Shown here piece by piece: positions 49,552 to 57,091 of a stretch of DNA of 57,524 nt (position 1 is the stretch's first letter; the number at the start of each line of letters is the position of its first letter). A program made the translations under genes and the position numbers. Source of the DNA: a virus (taxonomy: Duplodnaviria > Caudoviricetes); the IMG/VR virus record IMGVR_UViG_3300020382_000273, positions 1-57,524 of that record; one strand, given 5' to 3'. Below the pieces are notes generated by a model. The model searched no databases. It saw only the letters and a program-made list of their open reading frames with translations, and had not been told where the DNA came from.

Positions 49552-49965
49552 TTATAAATTTTTATATTCTTCTGTTGCATCAAAACTTGGACAAGCTTTT
49601 TTAGCAAAATCTCTATGACCGTGAATTTTAGCCTCTGGATGTAATTTTTTTAACATTTTTAATAATATTATAAGAGAAGATTTTTGTTTATCAGTTCTTG
49701 TGTCTTCATTATTTACCATTTCTCTATCCATACCACCTATGTAACATATACCAATACTATTACTGTTATGTCCTTTAGTATGTGCACCTGATATTTCAAT
49801 AGATCTTCCATATTCCATAGATCCATCTAATGCTATTATATAATGATAACCAATATCACTCCACCCATTTCCTTTAACGTGCCAATCTCTAATTACTTCT
49901 GCACTAAAATCTTTTCCTCTTGGTGTTGCTGAACAATGAATTATAATTTTACTTATTTTTCTCAT
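49552..49965 (-). CDS. Endolysin, N-acetylmuramoyl-L-alanine amidase (T7 lysozyme-like)
   Basis: IIIHCSAT, GWSDIGYHY, GAHTKGHN..SIGICYIGG, GHRD..KACPSF. Confidence 0.93.
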   Translation of the reverse strand: MRKISKIIIHCSATPRGKDFSAEVIRDWHVKGNGWSDIGYHYIIALDGSMEYGRSIEISGAHTKGHNSNSIGICYIGGMDREMVNNEDTRTDKQKSSLIILLKMLKKLHPEAKIHGHRDFAKKACPSFDATEEYKNL

Positions 49966-49983
49966 AATTGTTTAATTAAGTTC

Positions 49984-50021
49984 AAAAATAAAGACGCAGA
50001 TTTTTCTGCGTCTTTATTTTT
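49984..50021. terminator. Bidirectional terminator-like hairpin upstream of the lysis genes
   Basis: AAAAATAAAGACGCAGA-tttt-TCTGCGTCTTTATTTTT perfect inverted repeat. Confidence 0.8.
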
Positions 50022-50038
50022 ATAATTAATACAGAAAA

Positions 50039-50218
50039 TTATTTTTTTTTGTTGTCATTTCTTCTAGCTTTATCTAATAAGTACCATTTTTGAGCAGTAT
50101 ATCCCACAGTCAAAATTCCAAGTACTATCTTTAAAGCCATCTCTAAATGAGAAAATGAAACAACAAGATAAGTTGCGTTTAATAAATACATTTTTATATC
50201 TGACATAAACGTTTTCAT
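50039..50218 (-). CDS. Small membrane protein (holin-like)
   Basis: Two hydrophobic segments and a basic tail; TAATG coupling at 50218. Confidence 0.55.
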   Translation of the reverse strand: MKTFMSDIKMYLLNATYLVVSFSHLEMALKIVLGILTVGYTAQKWYLLDKARRNDNKKK

Positions 50219-51042
50219 TAAGACATTGCTATACATTGAACTCCTGCTGTAGTGTTTGTCGCAAACACTCTTTTACATTGTACAGGAAGATATTCTCCAA
50301 CTTTAAAATTCTTAAATATTATATCTTGATTATTTACGGTAAGTACTCTAATATCTACATATCTTGGATCAGCTACTCCAACACCAGGTGCTACTGGATC
50401 AGTAGGTTGAATATCTTGTGTTATTGCTGTACTACTTCCTACATAAATAAGGAATCCATCGTGAGAAGATGTGCCTAAGTCTGCAGCATCTTGACTGTAT
50501 ACTGTATAAACATTTGTGCTTACAGCAAATGCAGCAGGTACTTGTAATTGACAATCATCAATAATGTCATCAATTTCTGCTATAGAATTAGTAGTTTCAT
50601 TTACAATTATATCTCCAATTTTAACTTTATATCGTTGAACAAATCCTTGATTATAAATTGTATAAGCCTCACCAACTACAAAAATTGAAGCTTTTGTTTG
50701 TATTGTAGTTTCATCTACAACAGAATCAATACTTGTACTAGTGTTATCTGTTGTATTTAATATAAAATTCTTTGCAACTACTGGTGGATAATAACTTGGA
50801 GTTCCACCTGGACCTCCTGATAAAAATTTTGCTGATGAATCTACAGGTCGTTCTGCGGATACAATTGAATCAAATGTGCCATTTGCACCAACTGCTGCAA
50901 TACTGATATCTGTTAAAGTAGTTCCTGTAATGGTAGCAATTCCAGATGCCACCCTTGAAGATGTTAATGGAATATTTAATGTGTCACTATTAGCTACATT
51001 AACACCTGTTAGTGTATTAATGTTAATTTTTGGGTATGCCAT
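50218..51042 (-). CDS. Putative head spike-base protein (RcGTA Rcc01079-like C-terminus) with inserted domains
   Basis: IYVG...DI.V...DIIF.N...G.YLPVQ.KRVFATNTTA...IAM. Confidence 0.55.
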   Translation of the reverse strand: MAYPKININTLTGVNVANSDTLNIPLTSSRVASGIATITGTTLTDISIAAVGANGTFDSIVSAERPVDSSAKFLSGGPGGTPSYYPPVVAKNFILNTTDNTSTSIDSVVDETTIQTKASIFVVGEAYTIYNQGFVQRYKVKIGDIIVNETTNSIAEIDDIIDDCQLQVPAAFAVSTNVYTVYSQDAADLGTSSHDGFLIYVGSSTAITQDIQPTDPVAPGVGVADPRYVDIRVLTVNNQDIIFKNFKVGEYLPVQCKRVFATNTTAGVQCIAMS

Positions 51043-51078
51043 TTTTGTTTTTTAGAGGTTAAAAATCTCGTTTATTTT

Positions 51079-51237
51079 TTATTTACTATTTTTATAAGGA
51101 AACATTCTATTTAATGTATCCTGGCGTTTATTGCATCCACAACCACCTTTGGTTACTTTGTCAACTATTGCTTTTACTCCTGTTTTTTTAAATACTTTTG
51201 CTAAGTCATCACCTAGACCAACTGATTGAGTTTTCAT
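51079..51237 (-). CDS. Small basic Cys-containing protein
   Basis: GLGDD.AK..K.TG.K..V..CGC.KRQ..LN..FPY; ATG at 51237. Confidence 0.7.
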   Translation of the reverse strand: MKTQSVGLGDDLAKVFKKTGVKAIVDKVTKGGCGCNKRQDTLNRMFPYKNSK

Positions 51238-51241
51238 TTGA

Positions 51242-51382
51242 TTATTTTTTACAACTACATATTTGATTAGGACAATTTTCAACTTTAAAAATAAATTTTG
51301 CTACAAAAGAATTCCAATTACATTGAAATCTACACCAAAGTGCTTGTACCATATATCCTAATTTTACTAAAAATTTCCCCAT
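51242..51382 (-). CDS. Small Cys-rich protein (46 aa)
   Basis: Manual translation MGKFLVKLGYMVQALWCRFQCNWNSFVAKFIFKVENCPNQICSCKK. Confidence 0.65.
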   Translation of the reverse strand: MGKFLVKLGYMVQALWCRFQCNWNSFVAKFIFKVENCPNQICSCKK

Positions 51383-51383
51383 A

Positions 51384-51512
51384 TTATGAGTTATAAATGT
51401 TTTTTATTTTTTTATAAGGAATGTGTTGAGTAGTTTGTGGTTTACTAACTGTTCTCGTATCTTTAATTTCCTTTTCTTTGACTACATTTTTAATTACTTT
51501 CTTTTTAGCCAT
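51384..51512 (-). CDS. Small Lys-rich protein (42 aa)
   Basis: MAKKKVIKNVVKEKEIKDTRTVSKPQTTQHIPYKKIKNIYNS. Confidence 0.55.
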   Translation of the reverse strand: MAKKKVIKNVVKEKEIKDTRTVSKPQTTQHIPYKKIKNIYNS

Positions 51513-51537
51513 TGTAATTTGATTTGATTAATATTAC

Positions 51538-51666
51538 TTATTTTTTTTTCTTTTTTCTACCTGCTGCTGCCATAGCAGCAAATTTTGTTTTGCCGTATTT
51601 TTTTCTGCCTATATAAGCAGCTAATCCACCGCCTAACTTTGCAGCTAGTGTGCTAAACTTACTCAT
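51538..51666 (-). CDS. Small basic protein (42 aa)
   Basis: MSKFSTLAAKLGGGLAAYIGRKKYGKTKFAAMAAAGRKKKKK; TAATG coupling. Confidence 0.75.
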   Translation of the reverse strand: MSKFSTLAAKLGGGLAAYIGRKKYGKTKFAAMAAAGRKKKKK

Positions 51667-51887
51667 TATTTACTAATAACTGAAGAAAGGTGAGCTCCAA
51701 CATTTTTAACGTGATCAGGATGCTTGTGTCTGTAAGACATATCTGAATCTGCTCCATAAGCGTGACCATACATTTTTTTTGACATACCTTTTGACTCATC
51801 TCTACGTGATTTCATAGATTGAGATTTCTTTCCGTTTCTACTACCTAATGACTCATTAAGTCTTGAATTGTAACCTTGTTTTTTCAT
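51666..51887 (-). CDS. Small basic protein (73 aa)
   Basis: MKKQGYNSRLNESLG..SRRDESKGM. Confidence 0.75.
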   Translation of the reverse strand: MKKQGYNSRLNESLGSRNGKKSQSMKSRRDESKGMSKKMYGHAYGADSDMSYRHKHPDHVKNVGAHLSSVISK

Positions 51888-51907
51888 AATTATTATTTTT
51901 ATTTTTA

Positions 51908-52066
51908 TTAATACATTTTTTTACCCATAGCTTTTTCATCTCCGTAACCTGGATTGTTTTTTACTTTTCCTCCATTCATTTTAGCAAAGGAGTGAGCTTG
52001 AGCTTTCCCTACTGCATTATAAGGAAATTGTCTTTTTTTGCCGCCTGGCATCATTACTGTTGGCAT
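51908..52066 (-). CDS. Small basic protein (52 aa)
   Basis: MPTVMMPGGKKRQFPYNAVGKAQAHSFAKMNGGKVKNNPGYGDEKAMGKKMY. Confidence 0.7.
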   Translation of the reverse strand: MPTVMMPGGKKRQFPYNAVGKAQAHSFAKMNGGKVKNNPGYGDEKAMGKKMY

Positions 52067-52090
52067 AATTTTTATTTTTAATTAATAATA

Positions 52091-52098
52091 CAAATATA
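52091..52098 (-). promoter_or_regulatory. -7 promoter box TAtaTTTG
   Basis: Exact consensus inside the microprotein array. Confidence 0.6.
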
Positions 52099-52389
52099 CT
52101 AATATTTTCCTTGTCTATTTTTAGGGGAACTTTTAGTTGATCCTCCTTTACCAGACCACAGTTTTTTACAAGACCAATATCTAGCAGTTAATTTTGACTT
52201 AGCTGTTCCACATTTATGACGTGCCTTAAATGAACGTCTTGCAGCTGCTGAATAATTATGTCCATATCCTTTTGCTCCAAAGTGAATAAGTTTTTCTTGA
52301 CCACCTTGACAGGCTTTAACCATTTTCTTTTTACCTGCTCTATCAGATCGCATAACTTTATTACACGACATTGTTGATTTATTTGCCAT
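52099..52389 (-). CDS. Small basic protein (IHFG..ARH.C..YWS family)
   Basis: KLIHFGAKGY..RRSFKARHKC..TARYWSCKKLW; ATG at 52389. Confidence 0.75.
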   Translation of the reverse strand: MANKSTMSCNKVMRSDRAGKKKMVKACQGGQEKLIHFGAKGYGHNYSAAARRSFKARHKCGTAKSKLTARYWSCKKLWSGKGGSTKSSPKNRQGKY

Positions 52390-52393
52390 AAGA

Positions 52394-52507
52394 TCACTTT
52401 TTTGTTTTCTTTTTACGAACACAATTAGGAACTTTTTTTCCTCCTTTAGTTTTTAATCCATATGCTATAAACCCTTTCCAACAAGGATTTTTCATTTTTT
52501 TTGCCAT
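52394..52507 (-). CDS. Small basic protein with PCWKG..K..GK.VPNCV motif (37 aa)
   Basis: MAKKMKNPCWKGFIAYGLKTKGGKKVPNCVRKKKTKK. Confidence 0.75.
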   Translation of the reverse strand: MAKKMKNPCWKGFIAYGLKTKGGKKVPNCVRKKKTKK

Positions 52508-52624
52508 TTATTTCTTTTTATGAGAATAACCTTTTTTCTTTAAAGATAAATGGTCTTTCATTGTTTTAGCAACTTTCTTAATTCCAGTTTTGCTATACAT
52601 ATTATGTATTTTAAATTTTGCCAT
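52508..52624 (-). CDS. Small basic protein (38 aa)
   Basis: MAKFKIHNMYSKTGIKKVAKTMKDHLSLKKKGYSHKKK. Confidence 0.75.
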   Translation of the reverse strand: MAKFKIHNMYSKTGIKKVAKTMKDHLSLKKKGYSHKKK

Positions 52625-52633
52625 AGTTTAATT

Positions 52634-52738
52634 TTAAGTTGTTCTTCTTACTCGTATATATTGTCCTAAAGAAATAACTGGTTTTTTAACCAATGCTTGT
52701 TTTCTTTTTTCTAATCGTGTTTCAGTCTTAGTAATCAT
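52634..52738 (-). CDS. Small basic protein (34 aa)
   Basis: MITKTETRLEKRKQALVKKPVISLGQYIRVRRTT; TAATG coupling. Confidence 0.55.
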   Translation of the reverse strand: MITKTETRLEKRKQALVKKPVISLGQYIRVRRTT

Positions 52739-52986
52739 TATCCTGAAAATCTTGTTCTACCTCTTCCTTCTTGTCTTTTTGTTATTCTATTAATCTTTGT
52801 AGTTATTCTGTTTTGCTTTTTTAGACTTTTTATTTGACCTTTAGAACTAAATTCGTTTTTTGTCATATATTCTCTTTCTAAATCATCACTTTTAGCTTCT
52901 AACTCTTTTAAACGTCTTAAAGCACGATTCGAAAAGTTTTTTTCTTCGTCTGTTTTTTTACTACTTGGTTTTAAATTTAGATTCAT
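52738..52986 (-). CDS. Small basic protein (82 aa)
   Basis: K/R-rich ORF in the array. Confidence 0.6.
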   Translation of the reverse strand: MNLNLKPSSKKTDEEKNFSNRALRRLKELEAKSDDLEREYMTKNEFSSKGQIKSLKKQNRITTKINRITKRQEGRGRTRFSG

Positions 52987-53003
52987 TGTTATCGTTTTTA
53001 AAA

Positions 53004-53318
53004 TTAATTTCCTCCTGTATTACCTTTATTTTTTCTTCCTTTGCCTTTTTTACCTCTCGCTCTTCTATCACCAGCAGTATTTGTTTTACTACCCCTGTTC
53101 TTTTTAGCAGTTTCCAAAACATAACGACCTTTCCCTTTATGAGAAACATCCAAACCATCATAGTTACCATACGTTCCTTTTTCTCTATTAGCTCTATTAT
53201 CTGCAACTCTTTGCTTTATAGATTTTCTTTTTTTATTATACTCTCCTTGATACTTACGATGCTTTGCTCGTGCATCAGGATTATCTCTATAAAATTTTGC
53301 AGTTCTGCTTAACGCCAT
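53004..53318 (-). CDS. Basic protein with degenerate HNH-like motif
   Basis: MALSRTAK..DGLDVSH..G..VLE....NRG; ATG at 53318. Confidence 0.65.
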   Translation of the reverse strand: MALSRTAKFYRDNPDARAKHRKYQGEYNKKRKSIKQRVADNRANREKGTYGNYDGLDVSHKGKGRYVLETAKKNRGSKTNTAGDRRARGKKGKGRKNKGNTGGN

Positions 53319-53326
53319 CTTTATTG

Positions 53327-53343
53327 TATATTTGACAAAGATA
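53327..53343. promoter_or_regulatory. Face-to-face divergent -7 boxes
   Basis: TAtaTTTG (+, 53327-53334) and TAtcTTTG (-, 53336-53343). Confidence 0.65.
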
Positions 53344-53358
53344 ATTAATTTAAATCTA

Positions 53359-53841
53359 ATGCAGTTAAACAAAAAATTAAGAATAAATTACGATAGAACA
53401 GAACCTTCTAACGACTATTTAAAATATTGGAAGGTAATAAAACAATGGGCAAAAGCTAATTATAATATATCATCATCAGATATAGAAATGATGATGTTTC
53501 TTTATAGCGAAGGATTATTTACTCGTTTACAATTTGATGAATTTAACGAAATTATGAGTTGGGATAAAATGAGATTTCATAAACTACTTAATCAAAAGTG
53601 GATTATTATCTGGAGAGAGAAAATTGGTAATGAATCTAAATTGTATGAGTTAGGATTTAAAGGAAAAAGATTGGTTTCTTCTATATATAGAAAACTAAAT
53701 ATGCAAGAAACCATCTCTGAAAGTCCTTATCGTAATAATATATTTCGAAAAGATACTAAGTATAGTAATAAGATATATCGTAAAATTATTAAAGAAATGA
53801 ATTTAACTATTCGACAACAACAACGTCACGCTCCTGAATAA
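53359..53841 (+). CDS. Putative winged-helix regulator
   Basis: Only plus-strand gene in the late block; S.SDIEMM.FLY...L...KWI......LYEL.FKGK resembles a MarR-like wing. Confidence 0.55.
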   Translation: MQLNKKLRINYDRTEPSNDYLKYWKVIKQWAKANYNISSSDIEMMMFLYSEGLFTRLQFDEFNEIMSWDKMRFHKLLNQKWIIIWREKIGNESKLYELGFKGKRLVSSIYRKLNMQETISESPYRNNIFRKDTKYSNKIYRKIIKEMNLTIRQQQRHAPE

Positions 53842-54064
53842 TAGTATATATTCTTTCATCTAACATCATAGTGTGTCCAGCTGCTTTGTCATAATAAATA
53901 ATATCATATTTTTCTAATACAGAACATTCAGTACCTGGCATAATTACTCTGCCTTTTTTATATCTAAATTTATCTTTATCAGCAACAGTTAATATTAATC
54001 CTGAATCGTGTGTTACTTTTTCTTTAATAGTTTCTATTACTATTGTTTTTCCTATTGCTTTCAT
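53807..54064 (-). CDS. groES: Phage co-chaperonin GroES
   Basis: MKAIG..IVI..SGLIL..GRVI..G..D.IYY...I.ERDV. Confidence 0.85.
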   Translation of the reverse strand: MKAIGKTIVIETIKEKVTHDSGLILTVADKDKFRYKKGRVIMPGTECSVLEKYDIIYYDKAAGHTMMLDERIYTIIQERDVVVVE

Positions 54065-54067
54065 ATT

Positions 54068-54220
54068 TTAAATAGATTCATAAATTAATACATCAGTTAT
54101 TGGGCATTCTTCATTTGTACAAGTGTGGTTACTAACTATACCTTCACCTTCTAAATCATAATCTTCATAGCTATGATCTCCACCCCATAATAAATTTTTT
54201 AAACATTTAGGACAATCCAT
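54068..54220 (-). CDS. Small Zn-ribbon protein (50 aa, not in ORF track)
   Basis: MDCPKCLKNLLWGGDHSYEDYDLEGEGIVSNHTCTNEECPITDVLIYESI. Confidence 0.75.
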   Translation of the reverse strand: MDCPKCLKNLLWGGDHSYEDYDLEGEGIVSNHTCTNEECPITDVLIYESI

Positions 54221-54222
54221 AA

Positions 54223-55806
54223 TTAAGCTCTTTTCATAGTTATAATTGCGTTAGTACTCAATACTGTTGTAGCAACACTTACCGCATTAGTTAATGCATT
54301 CTTTGTTACTTTAGCAGGATCTATAATTCCCATCTTAAACATATCTCCATACTTTTTGTTCTTTACATCATAACCATAATCAGTTGGAACTTTAGCACAA
54401 GAGCAAATTTTATCTCGTACAACCTTAATATCTTCACCAGCATTAATTAAAATCTGTTCTAATGGTTGAGTCAATGATAAATATAATATGTCAGCCGCAT
54501 CACCATCACCTAAATTTTCTGCTTCTCTTAACAAAGCAAGTCCACCTCCTGGTAATATTCCTTCTTCTAATGCTGATCGCACAGCACAAACCGCATCATC
54601 AATGCGGTCAAATTTTTCCTTTTGTTCAATGTCCGAATTAGCTCCTACATAAATAACGCCAACAGATCCAGTCAAGTTAGCTATGCGTTCTAATACAAAA
54701 TCTTTTTCGTGTTTGTTTAAAGTATTATTTAAATGCTGTACTTTTAATTGTTCTATTCTTTCTGCTATCTCATCTGATTTCTTATCATCAGAGTTTACGA
54801 TAACCGTGCTGTCTTTTCCAACTATAATTTTCTTAGCAAATCCTAAAGAATCTAAAGTAAGTAAACTTAAATCATCTCCTTGTGACTCACTAAAATATTT
54901 TGCTCCTACCGATAACGCAATGTCACCTAGTAATTCATTTGTCTTATATCCAAAAGATGGTGGTATAATATTACAGAATGCTAAATTGTTCTGAACAACA
55001 TTAGCTCCTAATGTATTAATTACATTCGCTGTACAGTTTCCAATGATTAATAACTTACCCTTCTTTGCAATGATTGGTCTTAAAATACCCTCAATCTCTA
55101 AAAGACTTTGTATCTCTGTGTCCGTAATCAAAATACTTACGTCAGTTAAAATACATTCGTCATTTCTTTCGTTATTAGAAAACAACTGACTAGTATATCC
55201 CCTGTCTATCTTAATACCCTTAGTTACTTCATAGTATGTTTTCTCAGTAAATGAATTCTCTACAGTTAAAATCCCATCCTTTCCTAATACTTTGTATGCA
55301 TCAGAAATTAAATTTCCAAGTTCTACAGAATTATTAGCGGAAACAGTAGCTACATCCTTTAAAGTTTTGTTTGTTACTTTCTTAGACTTCTTTGTTAAGT
55401 TCTTTACAATCTGTTTTACCTTATCATTCAAGTCTTTGATCAATACCGTAGTATTAATGTTATCCTTTGTCTCTATAAGATTCATTCCATTGCGAATAAT
55501 AGCCTCTGTCAATACAATAGCAGTAGTAGTCCCATCTCCTGCAGAGGTAGCTGTGCGATCTGCTGCTTCCTTCATCATATTTACCGCTAAGTTTTCTACT
55601 GGATCTTCTAAATTGATTGACTTTGCTACAGTAACTCCATCCTTTGTCACAGTAATTCCGTGTGTATGTTCTGGAGACTCTATTAATACTGTTTTACCTA
55701 GTGGTCCTAATGTACTTTTGACCGCATTTGTAATTTGATTAATACCCTTTTTTAACTTATCTCTACCTTCTTTTTCGAAAATTAGATCTTTAGGACTGTA
55801 ACTCAT
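54223..55806 (-). CDS. groEL: Phage chaperonin GroEL
   Basis: TLGP.G, TKDGVTVAK, AGDGTTTA, EEGILPGGG, GIIDPAKV. Confidence 0.95.
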   Translation of the reverse strand: MSYSPKDLIFEKEGRDKLKKGINQITNAVKSTLGPLGKTVLIESPEHTHGITVTKDGVTVAKSINLEDPVENLAVNMMKEAADRTATSAGDGTTTAIVLTEAIIRNGMNLIETKDNINTTVLIKDLNDKVKQIVKNLTKKSKKVTNKTLKDVATVSANNSVELGNLISDAYKVLGKDGILTVENSFTEKTYYEVTKGIKIDRGYTSQLFSNNERNDECILTDVSILITDTEIQSLLEIEGILRPIIAKKGKLLIIGNCTANVINTLGANVVQNNLAFCNIIPPSFGYKTNELLGDIALSVGAKYFSESQGDDLSLLTLDSLGFAKKIIVGKDSTVIVNSDDKKSDEIAERIEQLKVQHLNNTLNKHEKDFVLERIANLTGSVGVIYVGANSDIEQKEKFDRIDDAVCAVRSALEEGILPGGGLALLREAENLGDGDAADILYLSLTQPLEQILINAGEDIKVVRDKICSCAKVPTDYGYDVKNKKYGDMFKMGIIDPAKVTKNALTNAVSVATTVLSTNAIITMKRA

Positions 55807-55833
55807 AATTTAAATTAGATTTGATTATTTATT

Positions 55834-55841
55834 CAAAAGTA
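55834..55841 (-). promoter_or_regulatory. -7 promoter box TActTTTG for groEL
   Basis: Exact consensus about 28 nt upstream of the ATG. Confidence 0.6.
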
Positions 55842-55870
55842 TACAATATATCTCTATAAAAAAAGAAGTA

Positions 55871-56066
55871 TTTTACAATGTTATGATGTTGACTTTTATT
55901 TCTCTATATACAACTACTAGTAATGTACTAATACTCTTTTTATTTTTTTTTTAAAAGTATAGTAAAAGTTAACATTCTTAACATAGAACTATAAATCAAT
56001 TACTTACAATAAAATTCATAACATAATCTTAACATAACTTAACATAAAATATCAAAGTCAACATAA
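55871..56066. repeat. ATGTT/AACAT iteron element B (candidate origin)
   Basis: Two ATGTT copies, an AT-rich spacer, then six AACAT copies at 55971, 55980, 56020, 56031, 56041 and 56060. Confidence 0.7.
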
Positions 56067-56074
56067 ATAAGCAC

Positions 56075-56104
56075 AAAAAAAAGGACTAATCAATGATTAA
56101 TCCT
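56075..56104 (-). terminator. Rho-independent terminator
   Basis: AGGATTAATC-att-GATTAGTCCT followed by a T run on the minus strand. Confidence 0.7.
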
Positions 56105-56134
56105 CTTTAACACAAATTAACTATGGGAAGAAAG

Positions 56135-56362
56135 TTATCTGTATATGTTAAAAAAATCTTTTCTCTGTTCTGCAAGTTCTATTCCTTCAGCAATCATACT
56201 GATCTTTTTAGCTCTATGCTTTGCAGCCTTAATCTCTGCCAGTTTTTTAATACCTGTAATATAGTAGTCTCCACCACCATTAAATTCATTCCTGTTTCTC
56301 TCTTGTAAATACTCTGCCATAATTGGTTTAGCACTTATCTTTTTTGCTCCTGTGATTTTCAT
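56135..56362 (-). CDS. Hypothetical protein, first gene of the minus-strand block
   Basis: 75 aa; TAtcTTTA box at 56383-56390 upstream and a terminator downstream. Confidence 0.65.
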   Translation of the reverse strand: MKITGAKKISAKPIMAEYLQERNRNEFNGGGDYYITGIKKLAEIKAAKHRAKKISMIAEGIELAEQRKDFFNIYR

Positions 56363-56528
56363 AATGATGTTCTTTTGTTGAGTAAAGATAATAAAAAAAT
56401 ATTACATATTCTGAGCAATTGGGTAATATAGGATATACAAAAACTTTTCGTAAAAAAAAAACAAAAAAAAATCAAACCCCCCCCTAATAAAATTAAAAAT
56501 TTGCTCAGAATTTTTTAGCTTTTTGATT

Positions 56529-56640
56529 CACAGCTGTCAAAATTTCCACAGCTGTCAACCGTACAGCTCTCAGCTCTCAGCTCTCAGCTCTCGCCTGTTT
56601 GCTGTCGCTCTCGTTTCCTGTCGCTGTCGCTGTCGCTGTC
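56529..56640. repeat. Short tandem repeat cluster in the major non-coding region
   Basis: CACAGCTGTCAA x2, CAGCTCT x4, CTGTCG about x4. Confidence 0.9.
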
Positions 56641-56913
56641 TAGCTCCGCTTTTGTTTACACGTACATAACAAAAGGGTTATATATTCCCCAATAAATCCA
56701 CATACTTAATAATATATATACTAATTGATTACTGTAATTATTTCCACAGCTGAGAACTAAGCCTATTATTTGCGTGTATAATCGCTATAATATTATAAAA
56801 TGTGTTTCCAGATAAACAATTTATAAAGTATTTGTAAATAAATAGTATATAATCTATAAATAAGTTGTATATTTACAATGTAAAACAATAACAAACTAAT
56901 TAAAATTTTTATT

Positions 56914-57054
56914 ATGAAATTAAAAAACCCATCATTAAAAGTATTTGTTAAACTTATTACATTATCATATGTTTTAATAATATTATTTTCTTTAACGTCT
57001 TGCGGATCATCTAGACAATGTAAAAAGCTACCAGCTTACGGGTGGTATAAATAA
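56914..57054 (+). CDS. Small lipoprotein (46 aa, not in ORF track)
   Basis: MKLKNPSLKVFVKLITLSYVLIILFSLTSCGSSRQC: LTS-C lipobox; TAtaTTTA box at 56868-56875. Confidence 0.65.
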   Translation: MKLKNPSLKVFVKLITLSYVLIILFSLTSCGSSRQCKKLPAYGWYK

Positions 57055-57091
57055 ATAAATATAAATTAATCTAACTTTAAAAAGCAATATT

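Noticed and set aside
52961-53312. Alternative ORFs 52961-53206 (-), 52965-53312 (+) and 52188-52397 (-)
   Set aside because: They overlap better-supported basic-protein ORFs and show no motif or coupling evidence
56529-56640. Repeats as a CRISPR array
   Set aside because: Units are 6-12 bp and tandem, without unique spacers; no cas genes
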